The notes under the pieces were generated by a model, which saw nothing but the letters and a program-made list of their open reading frames with translations, had not been told where the DNA came from and made no database searches. 59,161 bases of DNA from an uncultured Bacteroidales bacterium (lineage in GTDB: Bacteria > Bacteroidota > Bacteroidia > Bacteroidales > CAIWKO01): the NCBI GenBank assembly GCA_964567775.1, contig CAZMPB010000001.1:1-59161 (forward strand), given 5' to 3'. The position numbers and the translations under genes are program-made. Positions within the stretch are counted from its first letter, which is position 1; each line of letters opens with the position of its first letter. Below are positions 17,570-26,670 of the stretch, piece after piece.

Positions 17570-18351
17570 TTAAAAAGTTCTTGCTGCGTTTATATAACTT
17601 TCCTTTTTTATCAAAAGAAAAAACTGATGCAAATCAAAAAAAGATCAGGGACGTAGAATGGGATGCGGTGAAAGCATTTATTCCTGTAGGCTCAGAATTC
17701 ATCGACGTGGGTTGCGGCGCAGGCTACGCACTGAAACGCGCTGTGACGGAGTTAAAATGCCGGGGCGCAGGAATAGACCCTCAGCCCGGCGAACACGGCG
17801 TGGGCCGTTACAATAAAGAAAAATGCAACGATTTGAATGTGGTAAAAGGAGTCTCTGAAAATATCCCATTTGCCGACGAAACCTTTGATGTAGTGTATTC
17901 TTCTCATGTATTGGAGCATGTGAATGACGAACAAAAGGCCCTGCTCGAAATGAAACGGATACTAAAACCTGACGGCATACTCATAATCGGCATGCCCACT
18001 GCTGCCATGGCCTGGGTGAATTTTTTCACGAATATCCTGTTCACGACTCATATGAGGATTATTAATGTTATTCTGAAGTTGTTTCCCTTCATCAAAAAGG
18101 GCGAAACAAAAATTATCAATATGTTTATCCCGGGTTCTCACAGCTCTGAAAGGGCAAATACCGTTTTTTATGATATGAAGCATTATCGGGTGAAGAACTG
18201 GAAAAAAACAACAGAACTTTTTTTCCACGTAGAAGAAACCTTGTTGCCGGCTTTTTATCCTTATCCCGAGTATTTACAACTTTTTAAAATGAAGAAATAC
18301 AAAAATATTTCGAGTAGTGTTTTTTTTATATGCAAAAAGAAAAGTACATGA
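17566..18351 (+). CDS. Class I SAM-dependent methyltransferase
   Basis: Motif I FIDVGCGAGYAL, and FDVVYSSHVLEHVND...LKPDGILII. Confidence 0.8.
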   Translation: MIKKFLLRLYNFPFLSKEKTDANQKKIRDVEWDAVKAFIPVGSEFIDVGCGAGYALKRAVTELKCRGAGIDPQPGEHGVGRYNKEKCNDLNVVKGVSENIPFADETFDVVYSSHVLEHVNDEQKALLEMKRILKPDGILIIGMPTAAMAWVNFFTNILFTTHMRIINVILKLFPFIKKGETKIINMFIPGSHSSERANTVFYDMKHYRVKNWKKTTELFFHVEETLLPAFYPYPEYLQLFKMKKYKNISSSVFFICKKKST

Positions 18352-18595
18352 AAATTAATAAATTTGTCAAAGGCCGCTTATACCAAATTGAAATATCAAA
18401 TAGTCCTATAGGACGTATTGACATTTCTTATTTGGTTATACCGATGATAAAAATAAAAAGTACAAACGAGTGAATCGAAGTTTGGACTATATTATTTTTC
18501 AAATCGGTATTATGGCTCCACGCCACAGATGTTTGCATGGCTTTTCCTTTATTCTTATAGGTTTGACAGCGTAATTATTGATTGTTCAGGAAAAA

Positions 18596-19354
18596 ATGAG
18601 ACAAAAAAAATCAACTTTTGATTATAGTGAAATCCCGCTGGGGTTTTATGACGACATCGCCAAAAAGCAAAAAGGAATGAGAAGTTTTTGGCATAATAAA
18701 AAGTTCAAACGGGTAATTGATTGTTTTGAAGGATCACAGGAGTCAATTCTTGATATAGGATGTTTTTCGGGAACTTTTTTAAGCATGATATCTCAAAAGC
18801 AAATACCACAACAGGTTGGCATTGATATTTTAAAAGAACAGATTGACTTTGCAAATGAAAACTATGGTGCAGATTATCGGAATTTTTATATGATCGACAA
18901 CTTCAAACAGGTGGGCTCCATACCTGATGACCATTTCGATGTAATTACGATCATTGAAGTTATTGAGCATTTGAATTTTACTGAAATCGAAGATTTAATA
19001 AAGCTGGCGTATAAAAAATTAAAGACTGGCGGAAAGCTCATTGTGACAACGCCCAATTACGTTAGTATTTGGCCATTGCAAGAGCTATTGCTGAATATCA
19101 TTTCAGATGTGAAATACGAAGAACAGCACATCACTCATTTCAATTATTTTTCGATTAAAAACAAGCTGAACAAAATAGTGGATCATATGGACACCATGTT
19201 CAGACTGGATTATAAAACGACCACACATTTTATCACACCCTATATTGCCCTGTTTTCATACAGTTTCGCAGAGAAGATTTCCATCGCTGTACCACCCCGA
19301 AAATGGACGTTTCCTTTAGGTTCGCTTTTACTTGTTGAGCTTACAAAAATTTAA
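18596..19354 (+). CDS. Class I SAM-dependent methyltransferase
   Basis: ILDIGCFSGTFL and FDVITIIEVIEHL...LKTGGKLIVTTPN. The ATG at 18596 is preferred over the TTG at 18578. Confidence 0.8.
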   Translation: MRQKKSTFDYSEIPLGFYDDIAKKQKGMRSFWHNKKFKRVIDCFEGSQESILDIGCFSGTFLSMISQKQIPQQVGIDILKEQIDFANENYGADYRNFYMIDNFKQVGSIPDDHFDVITIIEVIEHLNFTEIEDLIKLAYKKLKTGGKLIVTTPNYVSIWPLQELLLNIISDVKYEEQHITHFNYFSIKNKLNKIVDHMDTMFRLDYKTTTHFITPYIALFSYSFAEKISIAVPPRKWTFPLGSLLLVELTKI

Positions 19355-19502
19355 TTCTAACGATGAGGCTCTCTGTTAAAAGATTCGGAGCTTCTCTGTA
19401 TAATTTTTTATTGCACATAGGTTTGGAGAAAACGTAATTTATTGATTGACACTGTTAAGTAAAATTTACCAAATAAAATATTGTTTTTTTAGTAAAAAAT
19501 AC

Positions 19503-19510
19503 TAAATTTG
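19503..19510 (+). promoter_or_regulatory. Candidate -7 box (TAnnTTTG), implying a very short leader
   Basis: taaatttgcaaaATG. The box ends 4 nt before the ATG at 19515. The same tttgcaaaa context precedes the paralogous ATPase gene at 23430. Confidence 0.4.
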
Positions 19511-19514
19511 CAAA

Positions 19515-20789
19515 ATGAAAGAAATAATCAAAAACATAATACTTGAAAGCCAAAATACCGAACTCCCGGTAATAATGGAGCGCGACATTCAAATACCCGT
19601 AAATCAAAACATTATAATCAGCCTGATAGGTGCCAGACGAAGTGGAAAAACTTTTATTCTTTACCAAACAATAAGGAAATTATTAGAAAACGGAGTTTCA
19701 AACAAAAATTTATTATTTATAAATTTTGAAGATGAACGATTAAATTTTAAATCAGAAAATTTAGATTATATAATACAAGCTTACCAGGAATTATATCCGG
19801 AAATAAAAATTAAAGACACCTATCTTTTCTTTGATGAAATTCAAAATATCAGCGGGTGGGAAAAGTTTATTAGGAGAATATTTGATACAAAAACACGTAA
19901 TATTTACCTGACAGGTTCAAATTCAAAACTTTTAAGTAGTGAGATTGCAACAGAACTTCGCGGACGCACTATCACATATACGGTTTTTCCTCTGAATTTT
20001 AAAGAATTTTTGAATTTTAATAATACTCAGCCCCTTTTATATCCTCAAAAAAACAAAAGTAAGATTATTAATTTAGCAAATAAATATTTAACTGAAGGTT
20101 CATTTCCCGAATCCCTGAATTTTGATGGTATTATAAAAAACAAACTTTTACAACAGTATTTTAATGTAATGATTTTTAGAGATATCGTTGAAAGGTATCA
20201 TGTTAGTAATATTGAAACATTAAAGTTTTTTGTTAAAAAAATATTTGCAAACGTCACCAAACCGCTATCAATAAACAAAATTTATCATGAGCTCAGGTCA
20301 TTGGGGTATTCCATTAGCAATAAATATTTATACGAGTTTTTAGATTATTGTAATTCTGTTTTTTTAATTCAAAATATTAATAAATTCAATTATTCCGAAA
20401 TAAAGCAGGAAAAAAGTGATAAAAAAACGTATGTAATTGATAATGGATTAATCAGGGCCATCGAGTTTTCGGTTTCGCAGAACATGGGAAAACTATTTGA
20501 GAATATGGTGGCCATGGAATTCATAAAGAACAACAAGAATATTTTCTATTTTAAAAATAATTTTGAATGTGATTTTATTGTAGAAGATAACCATAACTAT
20601 TTACCTGTTCAGGCTTCTTTTGCATTTCCAGACAATGAAACAAAAAACCGTGAGATCAGAGCTTTAATTGAAGCCTGTAACTATATTAATTCGAATAATG
20701 GAACAATAATAACATTTGATACAGAAGAAAATTTAGTCTATGACGGGATTAAAGTTACTATTGTGCCTTTTTATAAGTATTTTTTATAA
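19515..20789 (+). CDS. AAA-family ATPase (AAA_14 + DUF4143-type, COG1373-like)
   Basis: Walker A GARRSGKT, Walker B LFFDEIQ, and YLTGSNSKLLS...GR..TY.VFPL.F.EFL. Confidence 0.75.
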   Translation: MKEIIKNIILESQNTELPVIMERDIQIPVNQNIIISLIGARRSGKTFILYQTIRKLLENGVSNKNLLFINFEDERLNFKSENLDYIIQAYQELYPEIKIKDTYLFFDEIQNISGWEKFIRRIFDTKTRNIYLTGSNSKLLSSEIATELRGRTITYTVFPLNFKEFLNFNNTQPLLYPQKNKSKIINLANKYLTEGSFPESLNFDGIIKNKLLQQYFNVMIFRDIVERYHVSNIETLKFFVKKIFANVTKPLSINKIYHELRSLGYSISNKYLYEFLDYCNSVFLIQNINKFNYSEIKQEKSDKKTYVIDNGLIRAIEFSVSQNMGKLFENMVAMEFIKNNKNIFYFKNNFECDFIVEDNHNYLPVQASFAFPDNETKNREIRALIEACNYINSNNGTIITFDTEENLVYDGIKVTIVPFYKYFL

Positions 20790-20877
20790 AATAAAGCCAC
20801 AGCCAAAATACTGATAGTCCATGCCGATCCGGTATGCCTTATCATGACATTGTCATACAACAACAGGTATTAAAATT

Positions 20878-22194
20878 TCAGCCCTGTTTATACAAATACT
20901 TTATCAGGTCTCTTTTACAAAACCGCTTATAAAAATATTTGACGGTGAATGATGAATATATTGCCATCAGCCCAAAGACCGGGACATGAAACCTGCTTAA
21001 TCCATAAAATGGCACACTATACAAAAAAGTAATGATCAGAAACAGCAATATGACACTCAGGTCGTAAAGATCGAATTTTTTTTCTTTAATTTTCAGATAA
21101 AACCCTGCGATGATCATTAATAAAAACAGCCAGTAAACAGCCAGATAAAAACCATGTTTATATTTTCCGTACCATGGCCAGAAACTGGAATCGAATAATA
21201 TGCCCATCTGCATGCCTTTCTTATATTTGGTAAGGCCGGAGTGGTAATCAAAGACTCCGGGAAGGCTCCATAGCTTCATGAATTTTAAGGGAATGATCTT
21301 TAACTGAAACCAGATATTGCCCTTCCAGGCATCGAAAGCTTGTTCTTTATAAAAAGAATCTTCTTCGGGACACCGGCATTTCCACTCCTTACTTTTTATG
21401 GAAAGATATTGCGCCTGCTGTGCTTTCGGGATATAGTTAATGTCTTTTTCTATGATATGCCACGAGCCGTCCCCGTTCATGTTATTTCCTCCGTAAATAA
21501 CTGTTCCCGCACCAAAGCTAAGGGGGTTGAATATGCCATAAGTACTGTAGTTTCTACAGCCGTTAGCAGATACAACTAATATAACAGCCAAAACAGTAAC
21601 AGCAGTAAACAGATATCTTTTCTTGTAAATTAAAAATAGCAACAAGAACGGGAGGATCACCAGGTACTCAAATCGTGCCAGCATTAAAAAACTGACAGCT
21701 ATCACGAATATAACCTTGACAGAGGCCTTGTCAAAACCATTGATCACACTTCCTACAATAAGTAAGATCATGCTGCCGCAAAAAGATTCGGACAGTGTCC
21801 TGCCATTAGATTCAAATAGTTCGGGACAAACAAGCACCATGAAAAAAGCCGCCACACAAAAGGGATAACTCAAATATCTTTTTTTATGCAGTTGTAACAA
21901 CAAATAATACAAAGCAATGATGTAAAGCAGCGCCTGTGATATGGCCACCATATAATTATTCAGGCGCGTAAAGACTTTAAAAATTGCTAAAAAAAGAGGA
22001 TATCCGGGCGCGGTGCAGCAGTTCAGATACGCATCAGCGTTTGAAAAATTAAAAGACGCCAACTCCTTTGCAACACGCACATACCTTTGCGAGTCATCAT
22101 TTTTCTGACTAAAAATGTCACTGTATATTGCCATGTTCGCAACAACTAAAAGCAAATGAATGACAGCGATTATTATAAAAAACTTTTTCTTCAT
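20878..22194 (-). CDS. GT-C (family 39/83, PMT_2/ArnT-like) membrane glycosyltransferase candidate
   Basis: MKKKFFIIIAVIHLL..., an acidic loop SQKNDDSQRY after TM1, APGYPLFLAIF and many TM helices. The start is set at ATG 22194; the ORF-track extension to 22398 runs through repeat DNA. Confidence 0.65.
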   Translation of the reverse strand: MKKKFFIIIAVIHLLLVVANMAIYSDIFSQKNDDSQRYVRVAKELASFNFSNADAYLNCCTAPGYPLFLAIFKVFTRLNNYMVAISQALLYIIALYYLLLQLHKKRYLSYPFCVAAFFMVLVCPELFESNGRTLSESFCGSMILLIVGSVINGFDKASVKVIFVIAVSFLMLARFEYLVILPFLLLFLIYKKRYLFTAVTVLAVILVVSANGCRNYSTYGIFNPLSFGAGTVIYGGNNMNGDGSWHIIEKDINYIPKAQQAQYLSIKSKEWKCRCPEEDSFYKEQAFDAWKGNIWFQLKIIPLKFMKLWSLPGVFDYHSGLTKYKKGMQMGILFDSSFWPWYGKYKHGFYLAVYWLFLLMIIAGFYLKIKEKKFDLYDLSVILLFLIITFLYSVPFYGLSRFHVPVFGLMAIYSSFTVKYFYKRFCKRDLIKYLYKQG

Positions 22195-22429
22195 AGCCGT
22201 AGTTTGAAAACTCCGCCGGAAATCAGGGTGCAAATGTACATTAAAAAAATTTACTGAAATTACCAAAGCAAAAGAATAATAACGCTGGTTTGCGACGAAT
22301 GATGATAAAGCTTTTATGAGGTTTATTCTGCGCAGAGGGTTAATATGACCGGTGGCTTCGAGAGCCTCAGCCACCGGATCGAGAGCCTCAGCCACCACAT
22401 TGTAAAACTGACTTACGCACTGTCTTCAG

Positions 22430-22625
22430 AGTGTAACCCCTACGGGGTAAGGGGGTAAAACCGGTATGATTTTTTACAAAACTTTATGCCCTACGGGCAA
22501 TAGAATTGATGATTATGGGTTTTGAGCTTCTCTGAAAGTGCTCTGCAACTTTCTCCTTACCGCGTAGCGGTTAAAGTTTTATAAAAAAACCGTCTTAAAT
22601 AAAATTAATTCCCCGTGGGGGATTA
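22430..22625. repeat. ~195-bp imperfect palindrome built from four small GC hairpins and an AT-rich inverted repeat
   Basis: The hairpins are cccctacgggg (22437-47), gccctacgggc (22488-98), ccgcgtagcgg (22560-70) and ccccgtggggg (22611-21). ccggtatgattttttacaaaactttat (22461-87) is roughly the reverse complement of ttaaagttttataaaaaaaccg (22571-92). Confidence 0.6.
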
Positions 22626-22689
22626 ACATGATCGGTGGCTGCCGACAATCTTTCTAAAAGCCAATATAAAATTCAACGCCTGAAAAATA

Positions 22690-23101
22690 GGTAATTCCTT
22701 TTTTTGAGGTGCTGGATGAAAAAATGACGACTCAATTTATCAGGGAATAACATGTTTTTTATAAACACAATTTAGGAAGAAGAATTTAGCAGGGGCAGCG
22801 CCCCGAAATATTTGTAAGATTGAAACCCCTCAAAAATTAAGGTGCAGAGCACCGTAATATATTAGGGACACCACTCAAATAATAATTAAATATCAAATGT
22901 TTTTCACTGTCTTTTTGTCAAATCCCCTGTATTAAAACATTTCTTTTTACGGTGTTAAATAAGATGAATTCAGCATTACCTATAGGAATTGGGCATAACC
23001 AGAAGTTTAATATTGCGGTACGCCTGTCTGCCGACCAGGCAGGCTGTACCTTGTTTTTCGCGCTTATTATTATTTTACAAATTTTACGGTGCTCTGCACC
23101 T
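22690..23101. repeat. Copy A of a two-copy structured intergenic element, with an extra right-hand inverted repeat
   Basis: It shares these blocks with 54157-54533: ggtaatt.ctttttttgaggtgctgg, aggggc...gccccgaaatatttgt, aaggtgcagagcaccgtaa and ggtacgcctgtctgccga.ccaggcaggctg.acc. Order and spacing are the same in both copies. Confidence 0.7.
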
Positions 23102-23408
23102 AATAACAATATTAGAAAAAACGATAGGGTTGCGTATTAGAAGCACCTGAATGCGTGATCAAGGGTTTAATTGTCATCAGTAATTATAATTAACACCTCA
23201 AAAAATGATTTAGCCGAAAAATACCAAATCACTTCTTCATTGAACGAATTAATGTAAATTTGTTCAACCAAATAAACGTATTAAAAAAATACTGGGTAAG
23301 ACCTTCAAAAAATCAAGAATAATTGCTTAAAGTACAAATAATTACAATTTTTATGTATTGGATTACATAAATTTAGCTAAAAAAATGGATTACATCACAT
23401 AATTTATT

Positions 23409-23416
23409 TATATTTG
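23409..23416 (+). promoter_or_regulatory. Candidate -7 box (TAnnTTTG)
   Basis: tatatttgcaaaaaaactgaaATG. The box ends 13 nt before the ATG at 23430. Confidence 0.4.
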
Positions 23417-23429
23417 CAAAAAAACTGAA

Positions 23430-24647
23430 ATGCAAAATCTATTCGATCTCAGTAATAAATTAATTCAGTCAGTAAAAAAAGATTTTCACAGAAGTTTATT
23501 TTTAAAAGTAGACTGGCAGCAACGTTTAATCGAAATTAAAGGTTCCCGGGGAGTCGGCAAAACCACCCTTATGCTGCAAAAAGCCAGCGAATATCATAAA
23601 ATCAATCCGGAATCCGTCATATATATTTCACTTGACGACACTTATTTTTTTAATCATACCATTACAGAGACCGCAGAGCAATTCAGTAAATATGGTGGAA
23701 AATATATGTTTATAGATGAAGTACACAAATATCCTCCTAAATTTAAAAACCACGACTGGTCTGCGGAGCTAAAAAATATCTACGACCTAATCCCCGATTT
23801 GAAGATAGTCTATACCGGGTCATCTATTATTGAATTATATAAAGGCGACGGAGACTTGAGCCGCAGGAAAAACACCTATAATCTAAACGGCTTATCATTC
23901 AGAGAGTTTCTGATGTACAATAATTTATTTAACTTCCCTGTTTTTTCCCTTGATGATATTATTAACAAAAACACGCAAATATCTTCTGAGATATCTTCTA
24001 AAATAAAAATATTGCCTCATTTCAAAGCATATTTATTACATGGTTATTTCCCTTTCTATAACGAGAGCCCTGAACAATACTTTCAGCGGTTAAAAAACAT
24101 CATTAACGTAATCATAGATATTGACATTTCATCAATTCCCGATATCAATTTTGAAATATCAGGTAAAATTAAAAAATTATTGGGGGCTCTTGCCACTACC
24201 GTACCTTACACCCCAAATCTCACTAATTTGTCGGCAAATATTCACATCTCTGATTTACGAACTCTTTACAAATATTTAAATTATTTGGAGAACGCCGAGT
24301 TAATCATATTGTTGAACGCCCAATGCGTGGGAAATAAAATTCTGCATAAACCGGAAAAAATATTTTTGAACAATACCAATTTAACTTACGCTTTGGGCGA
24401 AAATAAAATTGAGACAGGAACAATCCGTGAAACTTTTTTCTGCAATCAGTTGAATTATATGCATAAAATAAATTATCCCAAATCAGGAGATTTCATTGTT
24501 GATGATAATTATGTTTTTGAAATAGGAGGAAAAAATAAAACAACCAGACAGATAAAAGAGATAAAACATTCATACATTGCAATGGACGAAGCAGAAACTG
24601 GTTTTGCAAACAAAATTCCCTTATGGCTTTTTGGCTTTTTGTATTAG
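23430..24647 (+). CDS. AAA-family ATPase (AAA_14 + DUF4143-type), paralog of 19515-20789
   Basis: Walker A GSRGVGKT, Walker B MFIDEVH, and VYTGSSIIEL...SRRKNTYNLNGLSFREFL. Confidence 0.75.
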   Translation: MQNLFDLSNKLIQSVKKDFHRSLFLKVDWQQRLIEIKGSRGVGKTTLMLQKASEYHKINPESVIYISLDDTYFFNHTITETAEQFSKYGGKYMFIDEVHKYPPKFKNHDWSAELKNIYDLIPDLKIVYTGSSIIELYKGDGDLSRRKNTYNLNGLSFREFLMYNNLFNFPVFSLDDIINKNTQISSEISSKIKILPHFKAYLLHGYFPFYNESPEQYFQRLKNIINVIIDIDISSIPDINFEISGKIKKLLGALATTVPYTPNLTNLSANIHISDLRTLYKYLNYLENAELIILLNAQCVGNKILHKPEKIFLNNTNLTYALGENKIETGTIRETFFCNQLNYMHKINYPKSGDFIVDDNYVFEIGGKNKTTRQIKEIKHSYIAMDEAETGFANKIPLWLFGFLY

Positions 24648-24715
24648 AATAAAAATCCTGCAAAACATGCCCTACCCTTGCAAGGGATGAGAAAAAAATT
24701 TAATAATTGATCACC

Positions 24716-25720
24716 ATGAGTAAAATTTATTACAGCCGCATCCGGAACAAGCTCGACAGGATATATACAGATATCCGGTTTAACGCGGGATTATACAGGC
24801 CCCGGGGAAATGGAAAAGGAATTCTTATGTATCATGGCGTGGATAAAACAGGCAGTAAAAGATTCAATCAGCGGTTTGTCGGTAGCGGTGACTTTGAGCG
24901 GCAGCTCGTGTATTTAAAAAAAAATATGAATGTGTTAAGTGTTGAAGATTATTTTGAAAGAAAATTCATCAGCGGCAAAATAAATTTAGCTATTACTTTC
25001 GACGATGGGTATGCAAATAATTTTAAATATGCCTTGCCTCTTTTAGAAAAACATCAGGTGCCGGCCACATTCTTTATTACAGGGTTTAATCCTGCCGGGC
25101 TTGATATCCTGTGGCCTGACTTTTTAGACATAGCCGGTTCACTTACAGATAAAGACGAAGTCAACATCAACGGAGATTTGTTCAATAAGGTTGGTAACCG
25201 GTGGTATCTGAAAAAGGACGGAAAATCCCTGCATGATATTATCAAAGAGAAGGGAGTGTATGAATATAAACAAAGGGCAATGGATGCCATTCAAAAAATA
25301 ACACCTGACTTCAAAAATATTGAAGAATACCTTGATTACTGGAAACTGATGTCCGATGAAGAAATAATCCTTGCCTCACGTTCACCATATATTACCATAG
25401 GCTCACACGCATATTATCATAATAATTTAGGGAATATCCCGCTGGAGGACGCAGTAGCAGAATTATCCAAATCAAAAATCTATCTGGAGGGCCTTATTCA
25501 AAAACCCGTAAATTCGCTTGCTTATCCTGATGGTTCATATTCCCGGGAACTTATTTCTGAGGCAAGTAACATCGGCTTTAAATACCAGTTGGCAACCCGT
25601 TATTATATTTCCCCTGAAGATAAATCAGATAACAGGATAGAAAACAGATACGGTATTTTTATGACTTACTCCACGGCAAATACATTACGGGCATTTGAAA
25701 AAAATCTTAATTCATTATAA
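24716..25720 (+). CDS. Polysaccharide deacetylase (CE4 / NodB-homology) family protein
   Basis: LAITFDDGYANNFKYALPLLEKHQVPATFFI, and later GSHAYYH and LAYPDGSY. The ATG at 24716 is preferred over the TTG at 24707. Confidence 0.8.
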   Translation: MSKIYYSRIRNKLDRIYTDIRFNAGLYRPRGNGKGILMYHGVDKTGSKRFNQRFVGSGDFERQLVYLKKNMNVLSVEDYFERKFISGKINLAITFDDGYANNFKYALPLLEKHQVPATFFITGFNPAGLDILWPDFLDIAGSLTDKDEVNINGDLFNKVGNRWYLKKDGKSLHDIIKEKGVYEYKQRAMDAIQKITPDFKNIEEYLDYWKLMSDEEIILASRSPYITIGSHAYYHNNLGNIPLEDAVAELSKSKIYLEGLIQKPVNSLAYPDGSYSRELISEASNIGFKYQLATRYYISPEDKSDNRIENRYGIFMTYSTANTLRAFEKNLNSL

Positions 25721-26664
25721 TGAATAATTACATTTTTAAACGGCTGGATGAAAGTCTAATGCACCTGCTGCCGCCTTTGTACAAAGACGCAATGGAGATG
25801 GAAATCACGGTTGATCAGGTGATGAAAAAATTTGATACCGCTGATTATTCCGGGAAAAAAAACATTGCCTTTGTGGCAATAGATAAAGAAACGAAAAGTA
25901 TTGCTGCTATGTATGCCATTTTCCCGGCGATAATCAGATATAACAATGAAGATATCCTTTGCGGTCAGGTCGGCGACCTGATGACTCACAGCCTTCACCG
26001 AAGAAAAGGCTTGTTTTTAATACTTGCGGAACAGACACACATTTTTGCTAAAGAAGAAGGCTTAAAACTGATATTTACTTTTCCCTACGGGGAAAACAAA
26101 TCATATCAGGGTTTTATACACCGGCTGGGCTTTTTTCACAAAGAATGTTTAAATTCCTATGTAATATCAGTTAAAACAATCCCATTATGCCGAATATTAA
26201 AAAAAACATCACCAACAGCCGCCATATATGATTTCTATATAAAAATTGTAAAATTATTTTATGATCAACAACAATCATTTGAAGAACAGAACGAATCAAA
26301 AAACGGACACATATTAAAAAATAAAGCCTTTTTCAAGTATAAATACTCATATTCTTCGGGAAATATTATCAGAATAAAAAAGCATTTGGTTTGGTATAAA
26401 TTTACAAAATTCGGTTCAGCATCTGTTGGTGACATTTCTGAGTATTCTGATCCCGAAAAAATAATTGCCCGGTTAAAACGATTTTGTTTCTTGTGCGGCA
26501 TTCGGGCAATTCATTTTGAAACAAGCCCCGGAACGGATCTTGACCTTTATCTGCAGTCAAAATATGCTTTCAGTAATAAATATAATATTTGTATGTTAAA
26601 AATTGACAACAACGTTCCTTGTGAAAATCTTAAATTTGTGTTTGGTGATCTTGATAATTTCTGA
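25720..26664 (+). CDS. GNAT-like acyltransferase, long form (314 aa), paralog group member 1
   Basis: GQVGDLMTHSLHRRKGLFLIL is a GNAT motif A. The architecture is shared with the 38427, 46947 and 50135 genes. The start overlaps the stop of the deacetylase gene. Confidence 0.6.
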   Translation: MNNYIFKRLDESLMHLLPPLYKDAMEMEITVDQVMKKFDTADYSGKKNIAFVAIDKETKSIAAMYAIFPAIIRYNNEDILCGQVGDLMTHSLHRRKGLFLILAEQTHIFAKEEGLKLIFTFPYGENKSYQGFIHRLGFFHKECLNSYVISVKTIPLCRILKKTSPTAAIYDFYIKIVKLFYDQQQSFEEQNESKNGHILKNKAFFKYKYSYSSGNIIRIKKHLVWYKFTKFGSASVGDISEYSDPEKIIARLKRFCFLCGIRAIHFETSPGTDLDLYLQSKYAFSNKYNICMLKIDNNVPCENLKFVFGDLDNF

Positions 26665-26670
26665 CAACCC

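Noticed and set aside
22195-22398. N-terminal extension of the GT-C gene to 22398 (MVAEALDPVAEALEATG...).
   Set aside because: The extension is encoded by the 17-nt direct repeats and hairpins. A proper MKKKFF... signal-anchor start exists at 22194.
22918-23140. Two overlapping ~62-aa ORFs on opposite strands inside repeat copy A.
   Set aside because: They are not conserved in copy B, they span the inverted repeat and hairpins, and they have no start context.
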